A stretch of DNA of 64,000 nucleotides from Narcine bancroftii (lineage: Eukaryota). This document shows, in pieces, positions 62,440 to 64,000 of the stretch (the first letter of the stretch is position 1; the number at the start of each line of letters is the position of its first letter). The stretch spans positions 157,356,001 to 157,420,000 of the forward strand of contig NC_091470.1 in NCBI RefSeq assembly GCF_036971445.1. Reading direction: 5' to 3'. Position numbers and translations under genes: made by a program. The notes beneath the pieces were generated by a model. The model was not told where the DNA came from. It worked only from the letters and a program-made list of their open reading frames with translations, and ran no database searches.

Positions 62440-63110
62440 ATACAGATACAAAAAACCCAAATACCAGTGAGGTCAATGAGCCCCACAGAAACCTAGGGAA
62501 AAGCCTAGGAGAGAGAAAAAAAATATATCCAAGGTAACCGAATAACTAAAGGTAAGGAATTAAAAATTTAAAAAATGACTGACCGAGCATGTCACTCACA
62601 CAATGTCATATATCATTGATCCTAATCGTTTCCTTGCTGGGAAAGATTGTTTCAGTACCCTTGTTCCAAAAGCGAATAGTCATATCTGCAAACTAATATG
62701 CTTCAGATAAGGATGCCACACTCTAACAAATGTGTCATATTTCCTCCTTAAATCATACGTCATTTTCTCCAGGGGAATGGAACTCTGCATTTCCATATCC
62801 CGTCGTGTAATATTTAGTTGGGAGTCGGACTTCCATGCTATACATTTCCTGGCTACTGACAAGGTGACTTACACAAACTGGATGTGGTACATGGACAGTT
62901 TAAAATGCATGTCCATAATGTCCCCCAAAAGGTACAATTCCAGATCTTATGGAAAATTCACCTTTGTAATTTTTTTTTCAGAATGTCCGCCAGGTCCTCC
63001 AAGAAGGATCTCATCTCATCTTTGTACACAGCCAGGTTGAATGCATTAAGTTTCCAATCTCCACACCTAAAAAAACATTTCTGAGATTTCTGGTTTAGGT
63101 TTATGTAATT
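62440..63110 (-). mobile_element. L1/Tx1-clade 3' fragment
   Basis: VARKCIAWKS...MEMQSSIPLEKMTYDLR...VWHPYL remnant. Confidence 0.75.
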
Positions 63111-64000
63111 TTTGTGGGATGAGGTATAGTTGATGCAGGAAATTGTGTTGTACAAACCTGTACTTGGCATTAATAACAGATAACATGCTGTCCAGATACA
63201 GGTCTGACCAGCACCAAGTCCAACTCTCACCTTCCCCTTGACCTGTGTAAGCCTGGCTTTGGGCTCTTACTTTGGAATATGAAATGCAACATCGAAAGAA
63301 AATTATGCATACAGAGTGAGTGGGAAGTGGAGTTCTTGCAACTCACACAGTGTGACTTAACTTATTTCTCCTTCAAATTAGAATCTCCATGTCACTACAC
63401 GTGAGCAGGGTCATAGATGGTCCCAATTTGTCCCTCAAAAACGATAGAAGAACATTCTATTAAACAAATATTTATTCCTCAATTGCTTGAATGACATGAG
63501 CTGCCCTCACTTGTAACATTCCTCGATACACCTGATCCCTTTCCGGCACCAGGTGTCCAGGATCTTATTGTTCAGAGTCATGGGTATTAAGTTCTTGTGG
63601 ATCATGGGCATTTTGGGAGATATCCCCACCTTCAATCGAATACATTGATTTATTCTATGCCATATTTCTGTGTCTGAATTGTCTTTGAGATTAATTTAGT
63701 CTCCCATTTATATATGAACTCTCCTGCTATCTTTCCACCTTCTGCATGTAGTCCAATTTGTGCCCAGGAGGGGCGGTCCCCTTTCTCAAAAAGTGAGGCG
63801 ATAAACCTCGTCTGGGACACCCAGTAATATTTTTTTAAAATCTGGCAATTTTAAAACCCCCATTTTGGCCTGATTGAAAGTCATTTGTAAGATTTGGGAA
63901 AAATTACTCAATTACTGTTCTATGAGTGGATTGGAGTTTGAGAACACAAGGACTTTATTACCAAAAGGAATAATAACATAATTGTTATAACAATTACAGC

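Overview
This is vertebrate genomic DNA, most likely from a cartilaginous fish (inferred from the repeat landscape and an intronless ORA gene). It is AT-rich and dense in transposons. Three protein-coding genes lie on the + strand: (1) an intronless ORA3/ORA4-clade V1R-like chemoreceptor (18743-19675); (2) a complete 8-coding-exon OTUD3 deubiquitinase (27743-45343, 394 aa reconstructed from GT-AG junctions) with a CpG-island promoter; (3) an intronless RNF186-like RING-TM E3 ligase (56290-56928) whose promoter has TATA, GATA, HNF1 and CDX-like sites. The rest is mostly mobile DNA: five RTE LINE copies, two L1-like elements that keep both ends but lack most of ORF2, two Chapaev3 derivatives, hAT and Tigger MITEs, solo LTRs, and CR1/L2, Rex and Penelope-like relics. 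I found no clearly new biological system. The most unusual signals are a twin-priming-type 5' inversion in an RTE element, a 42-bp target-site duplication, the ORF1-only L1 derivatives, a three-level nested insertion, and a 16-bp palindrome in the OTUD3 leader that reads as both an X-box and a uORF start.
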